From NCBI GenBank assembly GCA_964525995.1, contig CAZGIM010000012.1, positions 3,636 to 67,635 of the forward strand: a DNA stretch of 64,000 nt. The letters run 5' to 3'. How positions within the stretch are numbered: position 1 is the first letter of the stretch; the number at the start of each line of letters is the position of its first letter. The stretch is from an uncultured Prolixibacteraceae bacterium. GTDB taxonomy: Bacteria; Bacteroidota; Bacteroidia; Bacteroidales; FEN-979. The notes beneath the pieces are model-generated. The model did no database searches and had not been told where the DNA came from. It saw only the letters and a program-made list of their open reading frames with translations. Made by a program: the position numbers and the translations under genes. Shown in pieces: positions 1 to 9,918 of the stretch.

Positions 1-1566
1 GCCTGGTTTATGAACCGCACACCCAATCCCGGACTTGAATTCGAATACGATTTTACCATGGCCGAACTGCCCGGGATCACTCTGGATGAAACCAACGCGG
101 AAGTAAAAAAATACCTGCGCAACGACAATCAGATCGTGACGGTAACCGGTCCCGATAAACCCGGGGTGACCCTCCCCTCAACAGATGAGATCGTAGGTGT
201 GATCGGAACCTGCGCGAAGATGAAAATCGAACCCTATGTTGATGCCTTGTCATCAAAAACACTGATCAACCGGGAGCCGGTCCCCGGCACGGTTGTCAAA
301 TCGGCCGATAATGAGGTCTTTGGAGCTACCGAATGGACCTTATCGAATGGTATCCGGGTGGTTTTCAAGCCCACCGACAACAAAGAAGATGAGTTGATCA
401 TCCGCGGTTTCTCTCCCGGCGGAATCAGTCTGCTTCGTGATGATCTGGTCCATCCGGCCGAGCTGTTTTCGAGTGCCGTAAACCAGATGGGACTCGGTCC
501 CTTTTCACGGACCGAACTGACCAAGCTTCTTGCCGGCAAGCGCGCCAGCCTCCAGCCGGGATTGTCGAGCGAACAGGAAATGATCAATGCCCGTACCTCG
601 CCGAAAGACCTGGAAACTGCACTTCAACTGATCTATGTCTTTTTCACCAATCCACGCTGGGATGAAACCGATTTCAAAACATGGCTTGACCGGTTGAAAT
701 CAAACTATATCAATGCTGCGTCCGAACCACGGACGGCCTTTAGCGATACCATCGCGGTGATGATGAGCAACCATCACCCGCGTGCTGTTCCCATCTCCTA
801 TAAAACCCTCGACGATATCACCCTCGATAAGCTGAAAACCATTTACAAGAAATCGTTTGCCGATGCCGGATCCTTCACCTTCCTGTTTGTCGGTAAAATA
901 GATCCGACCGCACAGAAAGCCCTGATCGAAAAATACCTGGGATCACTACCCACCGAGAAGCGCGATAAGAAGTGGAAGGACGACGGGGTTAGGCCGCCAA
1001 CCGGCAAAGTGGTCAATGACTTTAAACGGGAGAATAAAACTCCGCGCACTTCCATATTTGTGAACTTCAACGGCCCGGTCGAATATACTCCGGCAAACAA
1101 ACTTTTAGGCGCGGCCCTGCGTCATATTCTGGAGCTCAGGTACGTTCAGTCGATACGTGAAGATGAAGGAGGAACTTACAGCGTCAGAGCCTCCTGGAAC
1201 CTCGAAAGATATCCCGAACCGGGATTCATGCTGAATATCAGTTTTGACACCGACCCAGCAAAAGCCGACAAGCTGATCGAAATCGTGCACCGGGAGATTA
1301 CCAAAATCGTGGAACGGGGCCCAACCGATCTGGATCTTCAAAAAGCACGCGAATACCTGCTAAAACAAAGGCCGGAGGACATGAAGGAGAACGGTTGGTG
1401 GTCGAATATCCTGTTTGATCAATACTTTAATGGACTGAATTACCTGACCGGTTATGAGAAAATGGTGTTAGGCCTGAATTTGAAATCGATTCATGACTTT
1501 GCCGCCAAAACGCTGACCAAAACCAATGAAGTCCAGGTGGTCATGCGACCTGACGGACAGGAATGA
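1..1566 (+). CDS. M16-family (insulinase/PqqL-like) zinc peptidase, C-terminal portion; 5' end lies outside the window
   Basis: ORF 10..1566 stays open back to base 1 (GCC TGG TTT, no stop). Segments such as EWTLSNGIRVVFKPTDNKEDELIIRGFSPGG and IREDEGGTYSVRASW resemble the non-catalytic M16_C halves of two-lobed PqqL-type peptidases. No HxxEH motif here, consistent with the catalytic half lying upstream. Confidence 0.65.
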   Translation, partial: AWFMNRTPNPGLEFEYDFTMAELPGITLDETNAEVKKYLRNDNQIVTVTGPDKPGVTLPSTDEIVGVIGTCAKMKIEPYVDALSSKTLINREPVPGTVVKSADNEVFGATEWTLSNGIRVVFKPTDNKEDELIIRGFSPGGISLLRDDLVHPAELFSSAVNQMGLGPFSRTELTKLLAGKRASLQPGLSSEQEMINARTSPKDLETALQLIYVFFTNPRWDETDFKTWLDRLKSNYINAASEPRTAFSDTIAVMMSNHHPRAVPISYKTLDDITLDKLKTIYKKSFADAGSFTFLFVGKIDPTAQKALIEKYLGSLPTEKRDKKWKDDGVRPPTGKVVNDFKRENKTPRTSIFVNFNGPVEYTPANKLLGAALRHILELRYVQSIREDEGGTYSVRASWNLERYPEPGFMLNISFDTDPAKADKLIEIVHREITKIVERGPTDLDLQKAREYLLKQRPEDMKENGWWSNILFDQYFNGLNYLTGYEKMVLGLNLKSIHDFAAKTLTKTNEVQVVMRPDGQE

Positions 1567-1612
1567 TGCGGAATGATGTAACAGCTCTCTCATTATTTAA
1601 AAAATCAGATCT

Positions 1613-2191
1613 ATGGAATCAAAAGGATTTAAAAACTGGTGGTTTTTAGCCCTGAACGGGCTGGTGCTCATGGCTTTCGGATTGCTGGTTCTCTTTTTCG
1701 ACCAGGAACAGATCAAGCAGTTAATCCACTATTTCGGTATTATCGTCCTGGTAATCGGTGCAATCCTTTTGCTGTTTGGCATCAACAATCTGAGGCGTGA
1801 CAAATCAGGCACGGTGATCCTGATTGAGTCAATTGCCGCCATCGCAATTGGGCTGGCATTAATTTTCTACCCTCAGGCCTCTCTTGCCCTGTTCCTGATC
1901 ATGACCGGCATCTGGATTATCATCGTTGGGATCATCCAAATGGTCATCCTGGTCAACATCAAACGCATGCTCAACAACAAGAATATCCTTTTTATAAACG
2001 GATTGCTGACGGTCGGGCTTGGGATTGCCCTGCTCTTTAATCCTTTCCTGTGGGGTGTTTTTCTGATCAAACTGATTGCCGTGATGTCAACCTTGTTTGG
2101 TTTGGTACTGATCTATTTTTCCTTTGTCCTTCGTACTGTTAAAAAGATAGAGGAGACTGAAAAGAGCATTACTCCCAACGACCGAACATGA
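1613..2191 (+). CDS. HdeD/DUF308-like small integral membrane protein
   Basis: 192 aa, about six hydrophobic helices. N-terminus KNWWFLALNGLVLMAFGLLVLFF is typical of DUF308 repeats. Its stop overlaps the next gene's start (ATGA at 2188..2191). Confidence 0.55.
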   Translation: MESKGFKNWWFLALNGLVLMAFGLLVLFFDQEQIKQLIHYFGIIVLVIGAILLLFGINNLRRDKSGTVILIESIAAIAIGLALIFYPQASLALFLIMTGIWIIIVGIIQMVILVNIKRMLNNKNILFINGLLTVGLGIALLFNPFLWGVFLIKLIAVMSTLFGLVLIYFSFVLRTVKKIEETEKSITPNDRT

Positions 2192-5100
2192 AGCGCCTGA
2201 AAGGTCTGATACTGCTATTTTTCCTGACGGCAGGGCCGGTTGTGGCACAGCACTATTTCACCCGGACCTATACGATTGCCGACGGACTTCCTGCGACGCC
2301 GGTATATAGCCTTACCCAGGACACGTCAGGGGTGATGTGGTTTGCCACACGGTCGGGAATTTCAAGCTACGACGGGACTGTATGGAAGAATTACACCCGG
2401 AAAGAAGGACTTTCATCATACGGTTATTCCTGGATATATTGCGATGAAAAGGGAACGATCTGGGCATTTCCGAATAACGGTGAACTCATCGCCGAAAGCT
2501 TTGACGGCAAGGTCTGGAACCGATATCCGGTTTCCAATCAACCCACCCATACCATTTTCTATGGTGATTTCGGAGTATTTTACGAGGACGGAGCCCCCGT
2601 GCTGGTTGCAGCAGCTTTCGACTCCGGAATCTACCTGTGCAGGAACCGGGAGTGGCGTCGTTTAAATCCCGGAAATAATGTTCCGGCGAAAGTCTTCAAC
2701 GGACTGAGCATCTATGCCGGCCAGATCTATTGCGCTACCGATCAGGGCCTGTATGTCATCAAAAAGGACAAATGGTACCCTTTTTCACCGCAGGTCAAAC
2801 TGCCATCAAAGGATATTGTTACCGTCCTGGCCGTTAAAAATCCGGCTCCTTCAAATCCCCGGGTCCGGGTGTGGCTCATGGGTGAAAAATGGATTGGATA
2901 TATCGAGGAAAATCGGTTTGTACAGATTACCCCGAATTACAAATTCAGCCTCCGGCAACAATGGGAAAACTCATTCATTACTGCTGATGAGGCAGGGAAT
3001 ATTTTCTTCGGAAGTCCGTATTATGTTTATAATTATCTCGTCTCCCAGGATAAATTATTGGTTTTTAATCATAAAAACAGCCTGATTTCAGAAGGTGCAA
3101 CCGATGTTTTCGTTGACCGGGAACGCAACACCTGGTTTACCGGATATCGGGGCATTACACGCATACCTTCGCCCCGGTTTGTACATTATACCAATAATGA
3201 AGGCCTTTATGACAGCGAAGTTTCGGCTGCGCTGGAACTTAGTCCGGGATCCTTTGTATTTGGCCATAACGGGGTTCTATCCTATTTAAAAAATGGGAAG
3301 TTTGATTATCTGAATCTGGATTACACAGGTTCGAGCGGGATCCATGAGACCCGCATCATAGATTTGGATCTGGACCGGTCTGGAAATCTCTGGGCTGCAG
3401 CGTCATCATTAGGTGTTGCAAGAATTGATAAAAACAGAAAAATCACCTGGTTTCATCCCGACCGGTCTGACAAGGAATATTTCAGTTCTATTCTCATGGC
3501 CGGTGACGGGACGCTTTATGCCTCTACCCAAAAAGGGTTATACCGGTTTCTGAACAATCATTTCTACCCGGTGAATCTGCCAATCGATACCCATTTCTAT
3601 ATTAGGAAGTTGTTCAGGGGCAACGGTAACAGTATTTTCCTGGGCTCTTTAAGTTCGGGGTTGGTTGAACTCAATCTCAACGGCTCCATTAAGACTTACA
3701 CGGCTCCGGATAAAGCCGGTAACAGCATTTTTTCGTTTTTTATTGACTCGCAGGACCGGTACTGGGTAGGCACGGCCGATGGGTTATACCGGATCGAGGA
3801 TGACAAACTTACAAAGTATATAAAGGGGAACTTTCGTATTGACGATGCAGTATATCTGATCCTTGAAGATGGATTGGGCCGGCTCTGGTTCGGTACCAAT
3901 GTCGGCATCTATCGCTGGGACGGCGGCAGGCTCGATCACTTCATGGTCAATGACGGCCTGACTGGACTGGAAGTAAACCGGGATGCCGGTTTCATTGATT
4001 CGCAAAACAATATCTGGTTCGGAACGATAAACGGGGTGACGATCTATCAACCGGCTTATGATTATGATCTTCGTCAGGTTCCGCCTCCCCGTGTGCAACT
4101 AATATCGATGTTGATCAAAACCGACACTATACCGGTATCGGATAATATAACCCTGTCGTCGGATCAGAACACCCTCGACTTCACATTCAGGGCGGTATCT
4201 TTTATTGATGAAAAACAGGTCTTTTACAAAACCTTTTTAGAAGGCTATGATTCCGACTGGTCGGCAGAGTTCCATCTTGCCGACAATGAGTACCGGTATC
4301 ACAATCTGCGTCCGGGTACCTACCGGTTTCACGTGAAAGCCCGCAACGCATTGGGCATCTGGAGTGAACCCGTAAGTTCGGGGGTCATTAAAATCAGTCA
4401 ACCTATCTATTTTCAAATCTGGTTTATTATACTTGCCCTGATCTTTATCGGATTGATGGTCTATGCGATTGTGCGGTATTTTCTGATGACACGGTACAAT
4501 CTCCGGCTGGAACAAACTGTCGCGGAGCGGACTAATGAGCTCAGGTTATCGGAACAGAAGCTTCAGCAGAGTAACCAGGCCAAAGACCGGTTTTTTTCAA
4601 TCATCGCGCATGACCTGAAAAGTCCGTTCAACGCTATACTTGGTTTTTTGGATATCCTTACTGATAAGAATTACCTCCTTACCAAGCAGGACCAGGAACG
4701 AATCCTGGGGAACACTAAAAAAGCTGCCACCCATACGGCCGATTTACTGGAAAATCTTTTAGCCTGGTCGCGTACCCAACGAAAGGAGATCACACTGAAT
4801 CGTGAAACCTTTGACCTGACTGCATTGGTTCAGGAAAATATGCGATTATTAGAACCCGTGGCAAAAAATAAAAATATCGTTTTGAATATGACCGTTAAGG
4901 AGTCGTTCAGTGTTTTTGCCGATCGGAACATGATCAACACGGTAATCCGCAATCTCATCTCCAATGCCATCAAGTTCACCTTTCCCGGGGGTAATATCCG
5001 GATTATGATCAGTCAGAATCATAACGAGATTCTCACGACCGTCGCCGATAATGGGTGTGGTATGACAGACCAGGTTTCCGGAAAGTTGTTCAAACTGGAT

Positions 5101-5256
5101 GAACAGGTTTCCACAAAAGGAACCAACAATGAATCAGGAACCGGCCTGGGGCTGATCCTCTGTCATGACTTCATCATCCTTAACCATGGCCGGATATGGG
5201 TTGAGAGCGAACTGGGTGTCGGAAGTTCTTTTCACTTCACCCTGCCAATGGCGTGA
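2188..5256 (+). CDS. Sensor histidine kinase with periplasmic two-component-regulator propeller repeats and a Y_Y_Y domain
   Basis: Signal peptide, then a long beta-propeller-like repeat region. Y_Y_Y-type segment (YKTFLEGYDSDWSAEF...YRYHNLRPGTYRFHVKARN), one TM helix, coiled coil, HisKA (FFSIIAHDLKSPFNAILGF), HATPase_c (NLISNAIKFT, GTGLGL). No receiver or DNA-binding domain. Confidence 0.85.
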   Translation: MKRLKGLILLFFLTAGPVVAQHYFTRTYTIADGLPATPVYSLTQDTSGVMWFATRSGISSYDGTVWKNYTRKEGLSSYGYSWIYCDEKGTIWAFPNNGELIAESFDGKVWNRYPVSNQPTHTIFYGDFGVFYEDGAPVLVAAAFDSGIYLCRNREWRRLNPGNNVPAKVFNGLSIYAGQIYCATDQGLYVIKKDKWYPFSPQVKLPSKDIVTVLAVKNPAPSNPRVRVWLMGEKWIGYIEENRFVQITPNYKFSLRQQWENSFITADEAGNIFFGSPYYVYNYLVSQDKLLVFNHKNSLISEGATDVFVDRERNTWFTGYRGITRIPSPRFVHYTNNEGLYDSEVSAALELSPGSFVFGHNGVLSYLKNGKFDYLNLDYTGSSGIHETRIIDLDLDRSGNLWAAASSLGVARIDKNRKITWFHPDRSDKEYFSSILMAGDGTLYASTQKGLYRFLNNHFYPVNLPIDTHFYIRKLFRGNGNSIFLGSLSSGLVELNLNGSIKTYTAPDKAGNSIFSFFIDSQDRYWVGTADGLYRIEDDKLTKYIKGNFRIDDAVYLILEDGLGRLWFGTNVGIYRWDGGRLDHFMVNDGLTGLEVNRDAGFIDSQNNIWFGTINGVTIYQPAYDYDLRQVPPPRVQLISMLIKTDTIPVSDNITLSSDQNTLDFTFRAVSFIDEKQVFYKTFLEGYDSDWSAEFHLADNEYRYHNLRPGTYRFHVKARNALGIWSEPVSSGVIKISQPIYFQIWFIILALIFIGLMVYAIVRYFLMTRYNLRLEQTVAERTNELRLSEQKLQQSNQAKDRFFSIIAHDLKSPFNAILGFLDILTDKNYLLTKQDQERILGNTKKAATHTADLLENLLAWSRTQRKEITLNRETFDLTALVQENMRLLEPVAKNKNIVLNMTVKESFSVFADRNMINTVIRNLISNAIKFTFPGGNIRIMISQNHNEILTTVADNGCGMTDQVSGKLFKLDEQVSTKGTNNESGTGLGLILCHDFIILNHGRIWVESELGVGSSFHFTLPMA

Positions 5257-5280
5257 TCCTGAAACACAGGCTCAAAAAGT

Positions 5281-8214
5281 TCACCGTTTAAGAAAAATCA
5301 CCTTGACATGTTCGGTAGTATCATTTGAGCTGAAATTCACGAAACACAAAGTTTCTGTCTCAGAATCACCGAACAGCTGACTGCGGTCTAAAGTAAGGGT
5401 ATATATTCCGGGCCTTTCGCCTTCCAGGGTCCTTGAAAACAGTCTCTTTCCTGTGATATCGGTGATCTCGATGGTAGTTGCCGAAACCTGCTGTACCTGG
5501 TATGTGATATTCAGAAATTCGGAGCAGGGATTGGGAAATACCTTTATTTTCTGCGAATGTCCCGTTAATCCAGGTCTGACGGAGATGATGGTCGAATCGT
5601 AGCCTCCCGAGAGGCAAATTACTGCTCCGTTACGACCGCCAACTACGGCTTCCATCGTGCTGTCGCCCACAATATCCGGGATGGCATCCAGAGCATCGAT
5701 GGGAGTGCTGCTACCCGACTCTTTGAGAATTGCTCCATTAGGCCCGTTCAGGAAATAGACCCTGTTATCAACGTACAGTGTACCTATGCAGGCGTCATTA
5801 TATCCGTCGAAGGTGATGTCGCCCATATTGGTAACATTCCACGATTTATCCGACAGGGGTTGCTGCCAGATCATGGTATTGGTATATCCGTCAACAATCA
5901 CCCCTTTGGCTCCGCTGAAGCCGACGATAAAATCGGGATGGGTATCCTTGTTAACATCGCCCATGTCTTCAAAACGAAGCAGAAGGGTGTTGCTCTGGAT
6001 CACGCAGGTACTGACCTGATTGCCCGAAACGGCGTTGTGAAAATGAACCAATCCTTCAAAATTACCGGAGGCCACATCACGGATCCCGTCGCCCGTTACA
6101 TCGTCGATCTGGATCAATGCCCACACGGATGTACCCTGCGGGTAAGAGGTCCAAAGTATGGATCCGGTGGCTCCGTTGATACCATACACCTTCGACTGAG
6201 TTTCGTTAGCATTCGAGGCGCCCGCAATCACATCGGGTTTTCCGTCGTTAGTGAAATCATCGACCCCGATCACTGAAAATACCGGGCCGCCGGTCGGGCA
6301 AATCCACAACGGCAAACCGGTAATACCATTCAGACAAAATACACAGCGGGGACCGGTATCGTTTCCATCGTTGCCTGCGCAGCCAAGCACGTCATTAACG
6401 CCGTCGTTGTTATAGTCATACTTGTTGTCAACCTGGTAAACCCAGCCGCCATCGCCGATTGCATGGGTGTCGTACCTCCACAGCGGCGCACCGGTTTTCC
6501 CCGATAATATCCTGATAGAGCGATCACCCCCCGTAGTTCCGATCACCACATCCTGATACCCGTCGTTGTTGATATCCTGGATAACCGATAGCGAGTTCTG
6601 GTTATACACATTTCCCGAATAGATCTCAGTAGCCCACATGACATCGGCTTCTCCTGAGGAATTTCCGTTCAGACACCGTACATAATTATCCTCCGAGCAA
6701 ATGATCACATCATCAACGCCATCGCCGGTAATGTCGCCGATCGGGTGAATGGCTTTGGGGCTATTATCAAAACCTGTGGTGATCAGATAACTCCACAAAG
6801 GGGTTCCGAGCGGATAATAGGTATCGACACCGCTCCCCGTCAGGTTGACCGGAAACGGATTTTGTGTGGGGTCGTTTGATTCGATATTCAGAATGCCCGA
6901 ATAGAGGTCACCGGCTTCGGGATGGAACCAGATTCCGATCAGGAAGGTTTGAAGCGGCGTTAGTGAGATCGGCAGTACAAGGTCCTGGTCGATGATAAAG
7001 TGGGGATCGTTTATTGGCAGGGAAGAGATCACCAGGTTCTGGTTCCCGTCGTTGGTAACGGGCAGATACCAACGGCTGTAAGCTCCCTTCCGGCGTTGTC
7101 CCCAATCGTGGGAGGTCTCCTGTATATTAAGATGGGGCCCTGAATAAACAGCATCCCCGGTCAGCGAAACGGTCACCGAGGGATGGATGGGGTCGTTTGA
7201 GTTGATATTGATCGTGGTATTGAGGGGTCCGGCTGCAACCGGCTGATAAATCAGAGGAACATTGATCGAGCCCCCCGGGGTAACGGTGGCCGGCATCGAA
7301 AGCGTCGTGGAAATCGGATCTCCCGTAAGAATATCGATACTGGTGATAGACAGGTTGGCGGTTCCCGTATTTTGAACCTGGCAATTCCATGTTGCCGAGC
7401 TGCCGATGGTAACGGTACCATAATTGTGAGCGGTGACAGGGACACTGATCGCCGGGGTTCCGGTGCCCAACAGGTCAACCTTGTAAAGTGTACTTCCACC
7501 TCCCAACGGACCGTCGCAGTACCACAAATAGGTTCCGTCATACACGATGCCCGATGGTTTTGAGCCTTGTGAGGCATGGCTCTCCAGTACAGTTCCGGTT
7601 GACGATACTTTGTAGAGCATATTGGCATTGTAATCGGCAATCCAGAGGTTGCTGCCGTGCATGCAAATATCCCAGGGTTGGTTGGCCGGTGGGGTGAACT
7701 GCGAAAGGACCGTCCCTGAGGAGTTGATGTGATACACGGTTCCCGGATCGGGATAATAGGTACACACCCAATAACTTCCGTTGTCGTAAGCGATTCCCGA
7801 CATATAATGGTTCGGGAGGGTCAGATTTGAAACCGTAGCTCCGGCAAGAGTGAACTCAAGCGCAGTTGAGGGTTGCGATGAACCTGAGGGCTGGTTGATC
7901 GTCACCAGATTGGGAGTTTTGTAAGTCAATCCGTAAGCATCGTCAAACGGTCCGGAACAAAGAAGGGTATTGGTGCCGCTTGAGGGATCGAACCGATAAA
8001 CCTTATCACCATCGACTCCATAAATTCCGAAATAGATATACGAGCCGTCCCACGCCAGTCCCGAAGCCTTTCCCGGGATCGAATAAGAGGCTACAATAGA
8101 CCAGGATAAAGGGCTTCCTGGAAGAGAGGGCGCTTGTGCCTGCAATTCGGCGCTGTAAAGCAAACATCCTGTGATCCATAAAAATACAACTGGAAAAAGG
8201 TTCTTTATTTTCAT
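5281..8214 (-). CDS. T9SS-secreted protein: N-terminal beta-propeller-like region, two Ig-like (choice-of-anchor-D/HYDIN-like) domains, FG-GAP/VCBS repeats, type-A T9SS C-terminal domain
   Basis: Signal peptide (FLWITGCLLYSAELQAQ). FG-GAP-like Ca-binding repeats (DITGDGVDDVII, DINNDGYQDVVIG, DFTNDGKPDVIAG, DVTGDGIRDVASG). C-terminus KIKVFPNPCSEFLNITYQ...VKVIFLKR matches the T9SS sorting-domain pattern. Confidence 0.75.
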   Translation of the reverse strand: MKIKNLFPVVFLWITGCLLYSAELQAQAPSLPGSPLSWSIVASYSIPGKASGLAWDGSYIYFGIYGVDGDKVYRFDPSSGTNTLLCSGPFDDAYGLTYKTPNLVTINQPSGSSQPSTALEFTLAGATVSNLTLPNHYMSGIAYDNGSYWVCTYYPDPGTVYHINSSGTVLSQFTPPANQPWDICMHGSNLWIADYNANMLYKVSSTGTVLESHASQGSKPSGIVYDGTYLWYCDGPLGGGSTLYKVDLLGTGTPAISVPVTAHNYGTVTIGSSATWNCQVQNTGTANLSITSIDILTGDPISTTLSMPATVTPGGSINVPLIYQPVAAGPLNTTININSNDPIHPSVTVSLTGDAVYSGPHLNIQETSHDWGQRRKGAYSRWYLPVTNDGNQNLVISSLPINDPHFIIDQDLVLPISLTPLQTFLIGIWFHPEAGDLYSGILNIESNDPTQNPFPVNLTGSGVDTYYPLGTPLWSYLITTGFDNSPKAIHPIGDITGDGVDDVIICSEDNYVRCLNGNSSGEADVMWATEIYSGNVYNQNSLSVIQDINNDGYQDVVIGTTGGDRSIRILSGKTGAPLWRYDTHAIGDGGWVYQVDNKYDYNNDGVNDVLGCAGNDGNDTGPRCVFCLNGITGLPLWICPTGGPVFSVIGVDDFTNDGKPDVIAGASNANETQSKVYGINGATGSILWTSYPQGTSVWALIQIDDVTGDGIRDVASGNFEGLVHFHNAVSGNQVSTCVIQSNTLLLRFEDMGDVNKDTHPDFIVGFSGAKGVIVDGYTNTMIWQQPLSDKSWNVTNMGDITFDGYNDACIGTLYVDNRVYFLNGPNGAILKESGSSTPIDALDAIPDIVGDSTMEAVVGGRNGAVICLSGGYDSTIISVRPGLTGHSQKIKVFPNPCSEFLNITYQVQQVSATTIEITDITGKRLFSRTLEGERPGIYTLTLDRSQLFGDSETETLCFVNFSSNDTTEHVKVIFLKR

Positions 8215-8475
8215 AATGATACCTGTTTAGGAATAACCCGATTTTCCGGCTAAAGTTAAGCAATAATTTTTGTTTTAAAAATTTATCCCCCATGAATTTG
8301 TGATCTCGACGCACACGTCGGTCAAGGCGCTGGTGGTAGTTGTCTCCGTTTGGTATTTAGCTTTCTGGATCGCCCGGAAGCTGAAGGTTGATCCGGAGAT
8401 GTCAACGATACTGGTTCAGTCATTCAATATCGTGATCACCTTTGTGGTAGCCTGGTTGCTTTTTAATTTTTAGGA

Positions 8476-9918
8476 TCAGGGTTCTATCCAAAGGACCGAG
8501 TTTCCTGTGCCGAATTCATTATCTTCCCACAGCTCATTCGCCGGATCCATGATCCATTTGCCATCAACCACAAATTTGTAGGTGTACTTCCCGGGTTGTA
8601 GACAGAGGGAAAAGGACCAGATGCCGTCGCGGTGGGCCATCCGGTATCCGGAACGACTCCATCCGTTGAAATTTCCGGAGACGCATATTTCGCGGGCTTC
8701 CGAAAATCCTTTAAGGGTAAATGTGTGGTTCGGTTTCACCGCCAGGAATGAATTGGTGAAGTTGCCTGAACCGATAGTACTGGGATTGGTGGGATCAATC
8801 ATCCATGTTCCGTCCACAATATACTTATACTCATAATTTCCCGGGCCGAGCACGTACGGGAGTTCCCATCCGTTCCTGATGCGGGTCATAAACAGTTCTT
8901 CCTGGTTCCAGCCATTAAAATTACCCGACAGAATAATTTTTTCGGCATCCTGATAACCGTTCAGCCTAAAAATCATTGTATCCCCGATACTCATGTAGGA
9001 GTTCACGTTCCCGCGGCCGTCCGGTCGGTTTACTTTACAGGCAGGATCATTGATCCAGTTGTTATCAACGATGAACTTATAGGCATGGGTACCTTCACGG
9101 ATATAGGCCGACAGCACCCAGGCCCCCCGGAAAGGGATCATGTTCAATTCATTGGTCCTCCAGTTGTTAAAACTGCCTGCAACCACTACATTCCGGGCAG
9201 TGGAATGGCCCTTCAGCACAAATCTGTAATTGTAACAAAAGAACACGGAGTTAAAATTTCCGTAGGTATCATTTTCGGTAAGTTTGTTATAGGGATCGGT
9301 ACTCCATTTTCCGTCAACAATATATTTGTAGGTGTATTTTCCCGGGGCAAGCCGAAGTGTCACGCTCCAACCCGAATCGGATTTTTGCATCGGGGTCTGC
9401 ATGGTGCTCCAGTTATTGAAGGATCCTGAAAGATAGATGCTTCGGGCATTTTGCCTTCCCGGTAAAAAAAACCGGATCCGGTTGTTGCCGGCCTGGATGA
9501 CCGAATTAAAAGTCAACCGGTTGATTCCGTAAGGTTGGGATTCTCTGAGGACGGAAGCCGCTATCTTTATCATGATATCGTCAACCAGGATGACCTCATT
9601 CTGGTCATATTGCTGTCCGGCAGTAAGGGTCGATTTTACCAGTTCATATCGGGTTGTTCCCGTTTTTCTGATAGTCCAGACGACCCCCCTGCTGACCAGG
9701 CTTGTTTTTCCAGAGAAGGCGCCGGCAATCAGTGCACTGTCGAGGTCGAAAATAGTCGATACCTCTTTTAACTGCGAAGCGCTCCACTGTTTATCGATGG
9801 TAAAGATCAGCTTTCCGTCATCAAGGCGGCAGACCCTGGCAGGGTCGTACTGCGCACGGAGTCCGGGACTAAGGATCACCGTCAAAACCATGATAAATAA
9901 TATCCGCACCTTGCTCAT
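8476..9918 (-). CDS. Secreted protein with four tandem CBM48/AMPK-beta glycogen-binding-type domains
   Basis: Signal peptide (LTVILSPGLRAQ). Four repeats of G(S/N)FN(N/G)W...W...L..G.Y.YK(Y/F)(I/V)VD..W..DP.N. Its start overlaps the stop of the upstream protease gene by 4 bp. Confidence 0.7.
   Translation of the reverse strand: MSKVRILFIMVLTVILSPGLRAQYDPARVCRLDDGKLIFTIDKQWSASQLKEVSTIFDLDSALIAGAFSGKTSLVSRGVVWTIRKTGTTRYELVKSTLTAGQQYDQNEVILVDDIMIKIAASVLRESQPYGINRLTFNSVIQAGNNRIRFFLPGRQNARSIYLSGSFNNWSTMQTPMQKSDSGWSVTLRLAPGKYTYKYIVDGKWSTDPYNKLTENDTYGNFNSVFFCYNYRFVLKGHSTARNVVVAGSFNNWRTNELNMIPFRGAWVLSAYIREGTHAYKFIVDNNWINDPACKVNRPDGRGNVNSYMSIGDTMIFRLNGYQDAEKIILSGNFNGWNQEELFMTRIRNGWELPYVLGPGNYEYKYIVDGTWMIDPTNPSTIGSGNFTNSFLAVKPNHTFTLKGFSEAREICVSGNFNGWSRSGYRMAHRDGIWSFSLCLQPGKYTYKFVVDGKWIMDPANELWEDNEFGTGNSVLWIEP
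8479..9480 (-). repeat. 4 x ~83-aa CBM48-like domain repeats within CDS 8476..9918
   Basis: GSFNNWSTMQ..YTYKYIVDGKWSTDPYN / GSFNNWRTNE..HAYKFIVDNNWINDPA / GNFNGWNQEE..YEYKYIVDGTWMIDPTN / GNFNGWSRSG..YTYKFVVDGKWIMDPAN. Confidence 0.7.

Noticed and set aside
8006-8314. 102-aa ORF overlapping the 5' end of 5281..8214
   Set aside because: It is in a different frame over the signal-peptide region of a well-supported gene and extends into A/T-rich upstream DNA. Likely spurious.
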